64,000 bases of DNA from an uncultured Candidatus Saccharibacteria bacterium (GTDB lineage Bacteria > Patescibacteriota > Doudnabacteria > UBA920): positions 1,675-65,674 of the forward strand of contig CAYQEU010000001.1 in NCBI GenBank assembly GCA_964416765.1, given 5' to 3'. Below are positions 17,485-25,676 of the stretch, piece after piece. The position numbers and the translations under genes were made by a program. The number at the start of each line of letters is the position of its first letter. Position 1 is the first letter of the stretch. A model generated the notes under the pieces. The model worked only from the letters and a program-made list of their open reading frames with translations, was not told the DNA's origin and ran no database searches.

Positions 17485-17985
17485 TTACCAGGCGCAGGAA
17501 GTGGGATCGCTGCACGCCATCCATGCCGTGGTCGGACGGACGGGATCATAAAATAGTTCAGTAGAAGAGGGGAACGTTTCCGGCCCCACGTCGCTTAAAA
17601 TCAATTTATATCTCAGGCCATCGGATTTGTAGTTATAGCCGGACCATCCTGTGGTTACGCCCAACGGGTCGGTGGGTAAGGTGCTCAAGTAAGTTGGTGT
17701 CAGGCCAGGAATGTATGCGTTGACACCGCTTGTAGTATGTCCACCACCGTTGGCGGAAGTGCCCCACCATTGGCTGCTGGTGCTTGGATATCCGTAGTTG
17801 GCGGTGTAGTAATTTTCCAACGCGGTTTTTAGTTGGGTTAAGTCTGCCTTGCGCTTAGTATCTCGTGAGGTTTTTCTTGCGCTGGCCAGTGAGGCAACCA
17901 TAATGCTGGCCAGTAACCCGATGATGCCAATTACCACCATCAACTCAATCAAACTAAAACCCTTTTGTCTCTTAAGTGTTATCAT
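17485..17985 (-). CDS. Type IV pilin-like protein (prepilin-type N-terminal cleavage/methylation domain).
   Basis: N-terminus MITLKRQKGFSLIELMVVIGIIGLLASI with a class III signal (G|FSLIE). The C-terminal region is globular and Cys-containing. Confidence 0.85.
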   Translation of the reverse strand: MITLKRQKGFSLIELMVVIGIIGLLASIMVASLASARKTSRDTKRKADLTQLKTALENYYTANYGYPSTSSQWWGTSANGGGHTTSGVNAYIPGLTPTYLSTLPTDPLGVTTGWSGYNYKSDGLRYKLILSDVGPETFPSSTELFYDPVRPTTAWMACSDPTSCAW

Positions 17986-18266
17986 GGGTTTTTCTCCAGC
18001 TTCGGGGGCTCACCGGGCGTATTGGTCATGTGGTAGCCAGCCGGGGGAGTGTAGTTAGCGGGGTTAGTCGTGGTTTTGGTGTATTCACGAATGAAATAAC
18101 CTAGTGCAGCCAGTGACGCAATGACAAATATGATAGCACCTGCCATTTTTAGGGTCGGATGCGCTGATTCAACTCGTTTAGGCGCTGGAGCTTGTTTGTT
18201 ATTTTGGTTTCCGGGGAAGAAACCACTGAAATCAACACCTTCTTCACTTTTGGGGTTTTGGGCCAT
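17982..18266 (-). CDS. Small membrane protein (94 aa) with an N-terminal EEGVDFSGFF motif. It pairs with the pilin gene (ATGA overlap) and is a paralog of 27583..27867.
   Basis: Single TM segment AGAIIFVIASLAALGYFI, and a 4-nt overlap with the downstream pilin start. Confidence 0.6.
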   Translation of the reverse strand: MAQNPKSEEGVDFSGFFPGNQNNKQAPAPKRVESAHPTLKMAGAIIFVIASLAALGYFIREYTKTTTNPANYTPPAGYHMTNTPGEPPKLEKNP

Positions 18267-18313
18267 AGTACTTTTATTTTAGCACAAAAGCCCAGCTGTT
18301 CACTAAACGCTTA

Positions 18314-18958
18314 TTACTTTTCCACCACAATCATGGCGGAATCCCGGATTTTTGCGTTTAGGTGAATGCCGGAGGAATAGTCCTGCATGGCCCGTTCAAA
18401 TATGCTCTCGCTCGCGCGCCGATAGGCACCAGTCATGGGGTCATGGAAGATTATTTCGCCATTGTCATGCCCCACGACCACCACTGTGTGGCGGGTGGTG
18501 AAGCTGTTGTACAGCCTTGTGCTGAGCACACGGGGGTTTAAGGGGGTAATGACCAGGCTTCCATTATCCAGCTGCGCCTTGATGTCCTGAACGGTGACAT
18601 TGTGCACTACTCTTAACCCATGGTATCCATAATACTGCACCATTAAATTTGCCGTATCCTGGGCCGAGGTATCCTGGTAAAATCCGTGAAAGAATTTTTC
18701 GTAATCAGACATGCCCACTATTTCATCTCGCGCTTGTTCTTTTGACATTGGGTTCCCACTTTCCCACATTACCGCCATGAGAATGCTTGCTTCTTCGCAG
18801 CCGTCGCTTTGTCGCGGATCACTCCATTGGCCCAGAGGCGCCTGGCTGGTGTAAGGAACGGCCAGAGTTGCCGCGAGCGATGGATGCGCAAAAACAAATA
18901 TTCCGGCCAACGCCAGAAATACTCCCACTCCTTGTTTTAGTGTGTTTGTTTTAATCAT
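18314..18958 (-). CDS. Secreted peptidase_C39-like (papain-fold Cys/His) domain protein.
   Basis: Signal peptide. The candidate catalytic Cys sits in SDGCEEASILMA and the His in HTVVVVGHD, in the order and spacing typical of C39-like domains. Confidence 0.55.
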   Translation of the reverse strand: MIKTNTLKQGVGVFLALAGIFVFAHPSLAATLAVPYTSQAPLGQWSDPRQSDGCEEASILMAVMWESGNPMSKEQARDEIVGMSDYEKFFHGFYQDTSAQDTANLMVQYYGYHGLRVVHNVTVQDIKAQLDNGSLVITPLNPRVLSTRLYNSFTTRHTVVVVGHDNGEIIFHDPMTGAYRRASESIFERAMQDYSSGIHLNAKIRDSAMIVVEK

Positions 18959-19000
18959 TGGGTAAAAAAATCGGGCGCTTTTTGGGCGCCCGATTGATAG

Positions 19001-19810
19001 TTATTTAATCCAGATCTTCAGGGCGGTTAATACGTGGAGTATATTGTCCCAAATCCCGAAAACCCTTACTTTAGTTCCCACAGTTACATCAGAAGTAGTG
19101 GCAGTGCCGCCATTTTGGCTGACTACCTGGGTGTTAGAGTTGGTTGCCACAGTGGCACTAGCGCCATTCTTTGCCTGGACCGTCAGGTCAGAACCGGCAA
19201 CTGCGGTGACCACACCTTTGTCAGATGCAAATGCCTTGTTTACCGGCATATCGTATACGAAGTTGGCAGTTAAAGTGGATCCAGACAATGTTCCGTTTAC
19301 AGTAACTTTGTCGCCTACCTGGATGTTTGTGTTGGTAATGGCAGTGTTGGGCACGCTTATTATAGTGGCGCCCGAATCAACAACGGTTAGGGTTCCATTA
19401 TGCTTGGTCGTGAAGGTAAAACCGGTGCTTGAGGTACCAGTAACAGTTCCGGTGTAGAACAAAGTGAACATATTGCCAAAACCGAACCCATGGTCTCCAC
19501 GATGGGAATCACCGTCGTGGTCGCCATCTTTGTTATTGTCACGGTTTGTATTCTTATTGTTATCTTGTTTAGGGTCGGTCTTGGAGTTGTCCCGCTCCCC
19601 AAAAACATGGACACCATATTGGCTGTAAGTGCTTGAATTTGCAGATACATTGCCGCGATCGGTGTTAGCTTTCGCGTTTACGTCAGTAGAGGCTTTAACC
19701 TGGAAAGAGTGCCCGGAGGTAAGTCCGTGGGCCGCCGCAACTCCTGGTACCATAACAGCCACAATACCCAGGGCCGCCACCAACATAGAAAGTTTTTGGA
19801 TAAGTTTCAT
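19001..19810 (-). CDS. Secreted hypothetical protein with an Asp/Asn/Lys-rich linker and a C-terminal Thr/Val-rich beta-strand repeat domain, possibly DUF5666-like.
   Basis: Signal peptide MKLIQKLSMLVAALGIVAVMVPGVAAA. Repeated G.V..V.G...TV... segments. Confidence 0.55.
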   Translation of the reverse strand: MKLIQKLSMLVAALGIVAVMVPGVAAAHGLTSGHSFQVKASTDVNAKANTDRGNVSANSSTYSQYGVHVFGERDNSKTDPKQDNNKNTNRDNNKDGDHDGDSHRGDHGFGFGNMFTLFYTGTVTGTSSTGFTFTTKHNGTLTVVDSGATIISVPNTAITNTNIQVGDKVTVNGTLSGSTLTANFVYDMPVNKAFASDKGVVTAVAGSDLTVQAKNGASATVATNSNTQVVSQNGGTATTSDVTVGTKVRVFGIWDNILHVLTALKIWIK

Positions 19811-19912
19811 AGAAGCCTTTCTATTTTGTTAATTATTAACCTTTCCGGGCAATATATCGCCTGCGGGTAAAAAGTGTTACAATGTAACATCTATGTTAAA
19901 GACGCGTTATAA

Positions 19913-20467
19913 ATGATGGACAAAAGCCAAGTAAATGATTTAGTGGCCAAAATCCAAAAAGGAGATGAGCAAGCATTTTCGCTTATTTATGACGAATTTG
20001 CTGACCGAATCTACAAGTTTACATGCCTAAAGGTGTCCGAGCCAGAAGTGGCGGAAGACCTCCTCCAGGAAGTTTTCGTTAAAGCCTGGCAGGGGTGCAA
20101 AACCCTGGAATTGGAAGACTTGAATTTTTCGGCCTGGCTCTACCGGGTAGCGTCGAATACGATCAACGACCATTATCGGAAAGCGTATAGGCGGCCTCAG
20201 ACCACGGAGTTGGATCCGGCGTTCAACATCGCGTCGACCGACGTTACCGAAAAGGCGACTGAGGATTCTTTTGATGCCCAAGCCATGCGTGAAGTAATAG
20301 ATGAGTTGCCCGCCAACTATAAGCAGATAATCGAACTTCGTTATTTCCAGGATTTCACGGTTGAAGAAACCGCTAAGGTCTTGAACAAAAGCAGTGTCAC
20401 AATCCGTGTGCTCCAGCACCGGGCAACTAAAAAATTAAGACAATTATATAGAGAGAATGGACGATAA
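19913..20467 (+). CDS. ECF-type RNA polymerase sigma factor (sigma-70 regions 2 and 4).
   Basis: Region 2 LLQEVFVKAWQG...FSAWLYRVASNTINDHYRK. Region 4 ELPANYKQIIELRYFQDFTVEETAKVLNKSSVTIRVLQHRATKKLRQ. Confidence 0.9.
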   Translation: MMDKSQVNDLVAKIQKGDEQAFSLIYDEFADRIYKFTCLKVSEPEVAEDLLQEVFVKAWQGCKTLELEDLNFSAWLYRVASNTINDHYRKAYRRPQTTELDPAFNIASTDVTEKATEDSFDAQAMREVIDELPANYKQIIELRYFQDFTVEETAKVLNKSSVTIRVLQHRATKKLRQLYRENGR

Positions 20468-21251
20468 GTTAAAACAATTATATAGACAATATTCCGAAAG
20501 CGGTCATTCCGCTTTGTCACCCGAGGCAAAGTCCCGGGTAAAGGATAAAGTATTCCAGCGTCTTTCCGAGCCGGCTACTGCAGTGCAACCACAGCCGGTT
20601 TCATTTTGGGAAAAATTACGCGGAAGTTTTGTAGTGCGCAGTTATGTAATTGTGCCACTGGCTTTAATTTTAATAATAATTTCCAGTACCGCTGCCTCCG
20701 CTACATCTTTGCCGGGAGACTTGTTGTACCCGCTGAAGCGCCAGGTGGAGAGCGCCAGAATCTGGCTTGCGCCTACCCCGGCAGCCCGCATGGACTTGGA
20801 AGTAAATTTCGCTGAACAACGCTTGCAGGAATTGAAGAACCTTCAGGATGATGAATTCCCGATGCTTCCGCTGCAAACAGGTAACAGCAGCACTGGGGTT
20901 TCCGCCAACGCAAGTTCAAACGCCAACATCTCTAACAGCAATTCTGATAAAAACGACGATGCCATAAAGGCTGCCAAGAAGAAACGCAAAGAACAAGCCA
21001 AAAAAGAAGCTAATGACGCTCTGGAATTTCTCAAGAAGGCGCAATCCCAGTATCAGAAAGATAGACAAAACCAAAAAGCCGACAACCTTAACAGGGTTAT
21101 CGACGATTTGAAAAACAGCATAAAGAGAGACGATGACGGCAACCAGCCGCCATCGTCTGTAAATGGGGTTCCGCCAGTCAACCTAAATGTTAACGCCAAC
21201 ATTCAGGGTAGTATCCCACCGGTGCATGTAAGCTTGCCTCACGGTCTTTAA
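20457..21251 (+). CDS. Putative anti-sigma factor (single-pass membrane protein), with a DUF5667-like extracytoplasmic LPGDLLYPLKR segment and a C-terminal Lys/Asn-rich region.
   Basis: It overlaps the sigma gene by 11 nt. A cytoplasmic N-terminus is followed by TM segment VIVPLALILIIISSTAASA. Confidence 0.6.
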   Translation: MDDKLKQLYRQYSESGHSALSPEAKSRVKDKVFQRLSEPATAVQPQPVSFWEKLRGSFVVRSYVIVPLALILIIISSTAASATSLPGDLLYPLKRQVESARIWLAPTPAARMDLEVNFAEQRLQELKNLQDDEFPMLPLQTGNSSTGVSANASSNANISNSNSDKNDDAIKAAKKKRKEQAKKEANDALEFLKKAQSQYQKDRQNQKADNLNRVIDDLKNSIKRDDDGNQPPSSVNGVPPVNLNVNANIQGSIPPVHVSLPHGL

Positions 21252-21490
21252 CAGCCAAGTACCAACGCGCGTTTTTTCTGGCGCGTCCACTTTTTAACTT
21301 CAATTTCGCGGCGAAGCGCTTCGCCGCGATTTTTGTATTTTTCGCTGTAAACTATGCGACCGCCTCCATGAGAACGCACGTAAACCGAGCCTTTTCCACT
21401 GTTATGCAAGGCTGAGCGCTTATCCAAGTCGTTGGTCACTCCGCTGTAGTAGGTTCCGTCGGCGCACTCAAGGATATAAAAATAATCCAC
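21248..21490 (-). CDS. GIY-YIG nuclease family protein (80 aa).
   Basis: YFYILECADGTYYSGVTNDLDKRSALHNSGKGSVYVR matches the GIY-YIG motif. Confidence 0.8.
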   Translation of the reverse strand: MDYFYILECADGTYYSGVTNDLDKRSALHNSGKGSVYVRSHGGGRIVYSEKYKNRGEALRREIEVKKWTRQKKRALVLGC

Positions 21491-21939
21491 TATTTTTTTG
21501 TTTGATTGAGTATTTCCAAAATGAGACGGTTCTGTTCTTCCAAATGGAGTAGGATGGCTTCGATTTCGGTTTCAGACTTGGTGTTAACTTCGAAATCGGC
21601 TTCGGCTCGTGCCTCCGAATGCCGTCCCTGCAAGTTTTGTCCGATCATAATTAAAGGCATCAGAAAGATTTGGATCATATTGGAAATGAAAAGCCAGAGG
21701 ACGAAAGCCGGGGAGGGGTCAAAACGCAATTCGCGCGGGGCGAATATATTCCATGAGAGCCAAAAACTGGTCCAGCAAAAGATAATTATAAAGAAGCCCA
21801 TGGTGCCAACGTGGTTGGTTATCCAGAGCGCCAGTTTGTCGAGAGAGCTGAGGTTTTGCCGCACCTCGACATTGGCGTTTCGCACCGGCTTATGAATTTT
21901 TCGGATTTCCTCCAGAGAGAGGATTTTTTGCTGTTCCAT
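21490..21939 (-). CDS. DUF1003-like membrane protein.
   Basis: LALWITNHVGTMGFFIIIFCWTSFWLSWN...FDPSPAFVLWLFISNMIQIFLMPLIMIGQNLQGRH resembles the DUF1003 core. Confidence 0.55.
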   Translation of the reverse strand: MEQQKILSLEEIRKIHKPVRNANVEVRQNLSSLDKLALWITNHVGTMGFFIIIFCWTSFWLSWNIFAPRELRFDPSPAFVLWLFISNMIQIFLMPLIMIGQNLQGRHSEARAEADFEVNTKSETEIEAILLHLEEQNRLILEILNQTKK

Positions 21940-21958
21940 ATATTGTTTTGTTGATTAG

Positions 21959-22690
21959 TTAAAGGCCCAAGACTGCTTTAGGGTCAATCCAGCCCGAAAG
22001 AAGGTCTTTGCTTTTGACATAGCCGAGAAGGCTGGGCGCGCTGCCGATGTGTATGCCCAAGTGCAAGTGCTTCCGTTCGCCGTCAGTTTCAGTAGAATTC
22101 CCGTTACCGAGGACGGCCAGTTCCTGGGCGGGCTTGATGTACGCGCCGACCGCCGGTTTGATGCTCGGTAATCTTAGGTGTCCGTAAATTACCGCCACGG
22201 TTTTCCCTTGTATAATGCAGCTTTGCACCGCGTAGCCACCATAACCTGAAGCGTAACCCTTAGTGAGGAGTTTCCCTTCGCACATGGCGTATATGGTTAT
22301 ATCGCTGTCTTTCTCTTCTGCGGTTGTCTCAAAGTCCAGCCCCGTGTGGTAACCGCTAAATCGCTCCGGCTTTACCGGGGAATTTTGCGGAGTCACGTAA
22401 GTGCCAAAAAGTTTTTTGGTAATTCTTGAAGCCGGCTCGCTTATGGGTGCTGCAATCCCATTGGTTACCGTGGGGGCAGGGGACTGTGTGCTGGGTTGGT
22501 CCTGGTTGATGTATTTGTTCGCAGCCGCGTTATTGGTATTAGCGGTCGAGACATCCTGATGGGAATTGCCATTTTCAAGTTTCGGCACGAATTGGTGCTC
22601 AATATACCAGCCGGCAAATGCCAGTATAACCCCAATAATAATCAATATAATAGGTCTTTTCATATTGCTATAATTATACCACTTTAACAT
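21959..22690 (-). CDS. M23 family metallopeptidase (LytM-like), membrane anchored.
   Basis: HTGLDF...GYGGYAV...YGHL...HLHLGIH are the M23 zinc-ligand motifs. The start could instead be the MKRPIIL Met at 22663. Confidence 0.8.
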   Translation of the reverse strand: MLKWYNYSNMKRPIILIIIGVILAFAGWYIEHQFVPKLENGNSHQDVSTANTNNAAANKYINQDQPSTQSPAPTVTNGIAAPISEPASRITKKLFGTYVTPQNSPVKPERFSGYHTGLDFETTAEEKDSDITIYAMCEGKLLTKGYASGYGGYAVQSCIIQGKTVAVIYGHLRLPSIKPAVGAYIKPAQELAVLGNGNSTETDGERKHLHLGIHIGSAPSLLGYVKSKDLLSGWIDPKAVLGL

Positions 22691-22834
22691 ATTGACATTT
22701 TAGATAAAATGTGGTATAATATTGAGTTACAGTTTTTTTGCGCATTTTGCGCCAATTCCGTAACCTGGCTCGTGTTATTTGCCAGCAGTACAGCAATACA
22801 AAAACCAAAACTAGATTTTAAAGGAGATCAGATA

Positions 22835-23737
22835 ATGAAAGCTAAATTCTTTTTCGTGGCGATTATCTTCGCCATCGTTTCTTTTTTGACCGTTTCGACC
22901 GCTTCGGCGCAGGGACGACCCCTTCCTGAGGGCGCGCGCATTTTGGACAAAGCGTCCCTGGACGCAGCCATTCAGACTGTGAAGAATTCGCGCTCATCTA
23001 CCAATATGGACGCGAGCAGCCTTGACCGCGACGGCGCGGGTAGATACCGCCCCATGTTCGTCATACGCGTGTATGGCGACAGCGAAATCGGCATCTCGGC
23101 AATCGCCCAGAATGTTGACCGGATTCCGGCGGGAACAACCATGATTGGCACCCGCAGGTTCAACGGCAACGCCGACTATCTTTGGGGCATTACATTTCTC
23201 CAAGATGTGGACGCCAACTCGCTCTGGTATCAGATAGAGAATGGAAAACGTGCTTCCTACGAACCCGGCGGCACCATCAGTTATGAGATGCAGGTGATTG
23301 CTCCCGAAGGCGGCGTTACAACCTATTCCGCCGAGAAGAACTATCTGGCGTTTTACACCCAGACTCCTCATCAAACCATTCTGGACGGAATATCCGCCCG
23401 GGTGAACGATGGAGTAAGGTTCTACTTATTCGGCAGGTTCGTCGGCAACGTCGGCGTTTCCATCCGGGACGCGGACAGTGGCAACGTAATTTCCATCCCC
23501 AACGCGGCGGTAAGTGCGAACTCATTCCGCGTGTCGGTGGACATGAGTCAGGTTCCCTACTGGTACTATTCGGCAGGGGATTTCGACATCACGGTCGTTG
23601 ACGGAACCCGAAGGTCGGATACTTTCCGGGTTCGCTTGGCACCGCCGGGCGGCAATGGAAGAACCGACGAAGGAAGCCAGCTCAAGCTGGACTTGCTGAA
23701 CCAGGTTTACGGTCGGCAGTCGTCCGGAAAGAAATAA
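22835..23737 (+). CDS. Secreted hypothetical protein (300 aa).
   Basis: ATG at 22835 is preceded by AAAGGAGAT. Signal peptide MKAKFFFVAIIFAIVSFLTVSTASA. The ORF-track start at 22709 lacks an RBS and is probably read-through. Confidence 0.6.
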   Translation: MKAKFFFVAIIFAIVSFLTVSTASAQGRPLPEGARILDKASLDAAIQTVKNSRSSTNMDASSLDRDGAGRYRPMFVIRVYGDSEIGISAIAQNVDRIPAGTTMIGTRRFNGNADYLWGITFLQDVDANSLWYQIENGKRASYEPGGTISYEMQVIAPEGGVTTYSAEKNYLAFYTQTPHQTILDGISARVNDGVRFYLFGRFVGNVGVSIRDADSGNVISIPNAAVSANSFRVSVDMSQVPYWYYSAGDFDITVVDGTRRSDTFRVRLAPPGGNGRTDEGSQLKLDLLNQVYGRQSSGKK

Positions 23738-23792
23738 TTTAATTTAGGCTTTAGGACTAGCGGCCCCTCGGTGAAAACCCTGGGGCTGCTTT

Positions 23793-24662
23793 TTATTTGG
23801 CTGATAAATCGGTAAAGGCGGAAACTTCGTTGCCCATGCGTTCGTTTAACGGCCCTACTGCCTGGACTAGATATTGGACCAGGGCGTAGAGCTTATTCAT
23901 ATCTTCAGTGGTATAGACAACGCCGGGTGCATATACGTATAGGTGCTGGCCGACAAACTCCAAAGTGTAATTTTTCCAACCGTCCAGGAGGTTGGCCATA
24001 AACTCAGGGTTGAATATCTGGTAAAGCTCAATCTCCAAACCTTTCTGGACGTATATTTCAAAGTGCTCATTAAAATCGCCTTCCAATTCCAGTTTTTCCC
24101 GGTTGCCGGCCAGATTAGGCAAATCGCCATCGGAGAAGAAGCCGGGCCTGACCCGCAAATATATAGAGGGAAAAACCCTAGGGAATTCCAGCCGGACTAT
24201 GGTACTTGAATAGGTGTGCTGTTGTTGTTCCTGCATGGCAGAGGCGTAATCTTTGACCGTAAAACTATAGTTAAAAAGAGCCAGAGGGAAACTTTGCAGT
24301 TGGCCCTCAACCAAGTCAAAGCCTGTCCGCCCCTCGCCTAAACTAAATAACCCGCCATCAAGTGCCGTGGGGAAGCCAGTCTTTTCGAAGCTAAACTTGT
24401 GCGCCCGCGCGAATTGTTCATAGAACCTATCGCGGATTTCCGCTTTGATGTAAGAGTATAGAATAACCCCAACCAGGACAGGGAATAGAAACAGGACCAT
24501 GCCCCAGGTGCCATAGCCGCGGAACATAAAGTACAGGACCAGCGATTCATAAATGATTAACACGGCCGCGCCAATCAGGAGCGCGGGCATGTATTCCTGC
24601 CGGATGAAATTCTCCGTTGTGGAGACAACATTTTCAATGGGTCCGATTTTTTTGGTGTCCAT
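23793..24662 (-). CDS. Hypothetical membrane protein (two N-terminal TM segments plus a soluble domain); last gene of the pilin-headed operon.
   Basis: Likely start is MDTKKIGP at 24662, 4 nt after the upstream stop. TM segments ALLIGAAVLIIYESLVLYFMF and GMVLFLFPVLVGVILYSYI. Confidence 0.55.
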   Translation of the reverse strand: MDTKKIGPIENVVSTTENFIRQEYMPALLIGAAVLIIYESLVLYFMFRGYGTWGMVLFLFPVLVGVILYSYIKAEIRDRFYEQFARAHKFSFEKTGFPTALDGGLFSLGEGRTGFDLVEGQLQSFPLALFNYSFTVKDYASAMQEQQQHTYSSTIVRLEFPRVFPSIYLRVRPGFFSDGDLPNLAGNREKLELEGDFNEHFEIYVQKGLEIELYQIFNPEFMANLLDGWKNYTLEFVGQHLYVYAPGVVYTTEDMNKLYALVQYLVQAVGPLNERMGNEVSAFTDLSAK

Positions 24663-24666
24663 AAGG

Positions 24667-25176
24667 CTAAGAAAGTTGTTCAGGTTCAGGCCGAACGGCG
24701 CTATATATTGCCCAGGCGCAGGCAATAAGGATGGCGGCGACCCCCAGAAATCGTATGGCCGCGGCGACCCCAATTGTATGATGCAGCATGCCGGCCCGGA
24801 TTAACAACCAGTTCCAATCGTGCGTCGAACTGTCGCCAAACAGCAGGGGCAGCTGCATTTTTACCGCGTCGCCCGCGTAAACGGAAACGTTTAGCAGGTT
24901 TTCGCCGACCCAAAACAGGACTAAAGCGGCGGAAAAGTACTGTTCCTGGTAAGCAAAGTAGATTACAAAAATGGCGGGAAGCAATACCTGGGTGAGGCTT
25001 CCGCCCAAGGCGTACATAAAATCACCAAACGGCATGAAAATAATGTGGCCGCCTTCGTGAATCAACAGGTTCGCGTTATCAATAAAGTGCCAGGCTCCCG
25101 GGTTTAAGCAGCAACCAATGAAATAAATGGAAGCAATTATGGCGATAGCAAGCTTGAAGTAGTTATGGTTGGTCAT
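24667..25176 (-). CDS. Polytopic membrane protein with an HExxH motif (putative membrane-embedded zinc metalloprotease, DUF3267-like).
   Basis: LIHEGGHIIFMPFG lies within or next to a TM segment. There are 4 to 5 hydrophobic helices, and a 4-nt ATGA overlap with the upstream gene. Confidence 0.5.
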   Translation of the reverse strand: MTNHNYFKLAIAIIASIYFIGCCLNPGAWHFIDNANLLIHEGGHIIFMPFGDFMYALGGSLTQVLLPAIFVIYFAYQEQYFSAALVLFWVGENLLNVSVYAGDAVKMQLPLLFGDSSTHDWNWLLIRAGMLHHTIGVAAAIRFLGVAAILIACAWAIYSAVRPEPEQLS

Positions 25177-25676
25177 AACGGGTTGTCGCGGAGCTTTAAT
25201 AGGTAACCAGCATAAGCCAGAATAGGTTGGATCAGCAAAGTAACTATTAATCCTACAGCGGCTATCGGCAACTGTTCCTTGCCCAGAGTTACAAAAACTA
25301 TTCCGGTTACAATTATGGAATCGCCGTGGTCTATGATTGGGACATACTTTCCCCGAGGAACGCCAAACCGCCTTTTGATGAAAGCTCCGCAGGCATGACC
25401 CAGGTATACCGTTAGCCCTTTAAGCGCGCCCAAAGCCGGGCTGGTTATGAATGATTCTATAAGCATGCCGGAAAGAATTGCGACCGGCAAACCAACCCAG
25501 GTAGTAGAAACTCCCAGCAGTCGGTACCCGTCTCCCAGAGTGTAGCCGAGGTCAAGCGGCGCGTCGTATTTAAGGAGTGCGGGACGGCGTAATTTGAGCA
25601 GGTACCATAAATTCAGCGCAATATTAATGCACCAACAGGGAATTGTATACAGGAGTACATGGTATAGCTCCGTCAT
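25173..25676 (-). CDS. CDP-archaeol synthase-like (CarS/DUF46 family) integral membrane cytidylyltransferase homolog.
   Basis: DLGYTLGDGYRLLGVSTTWVGLPVAILSG resembles the CarS 'D.G..L.DG.RLLGD.KTWRG' signature, and about five TM helices fit a CarS-family protein. The start codon overlaps the upstream stop by 1 nt. Confidence 0.5.
   Translation of the reverse strand: MTELYHVLLYTIPCWCINIALNLWYLLKLRRPALLKYDAPLDLGYTLGDGYRLLGVSTTWVGLPVAILSGMLIESFITSPALGALKGLTVYLGHACGAFIKRRFGVPRGKYVPIIDHGDSIIVTGIVFVTLGKEQLPIAAVGLIVTLLIQPILAYAGYLLKLRDNPL

Noticed and set aside
22709-22834. N-terminal 42 codons of the ORF-track call 22709..23737.
   Set aside because: The RBS AAAGGAGAT and the signal-peptide Met sit at 22835. 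The upstream part has no RBS, and its product would bury the signal peptide.
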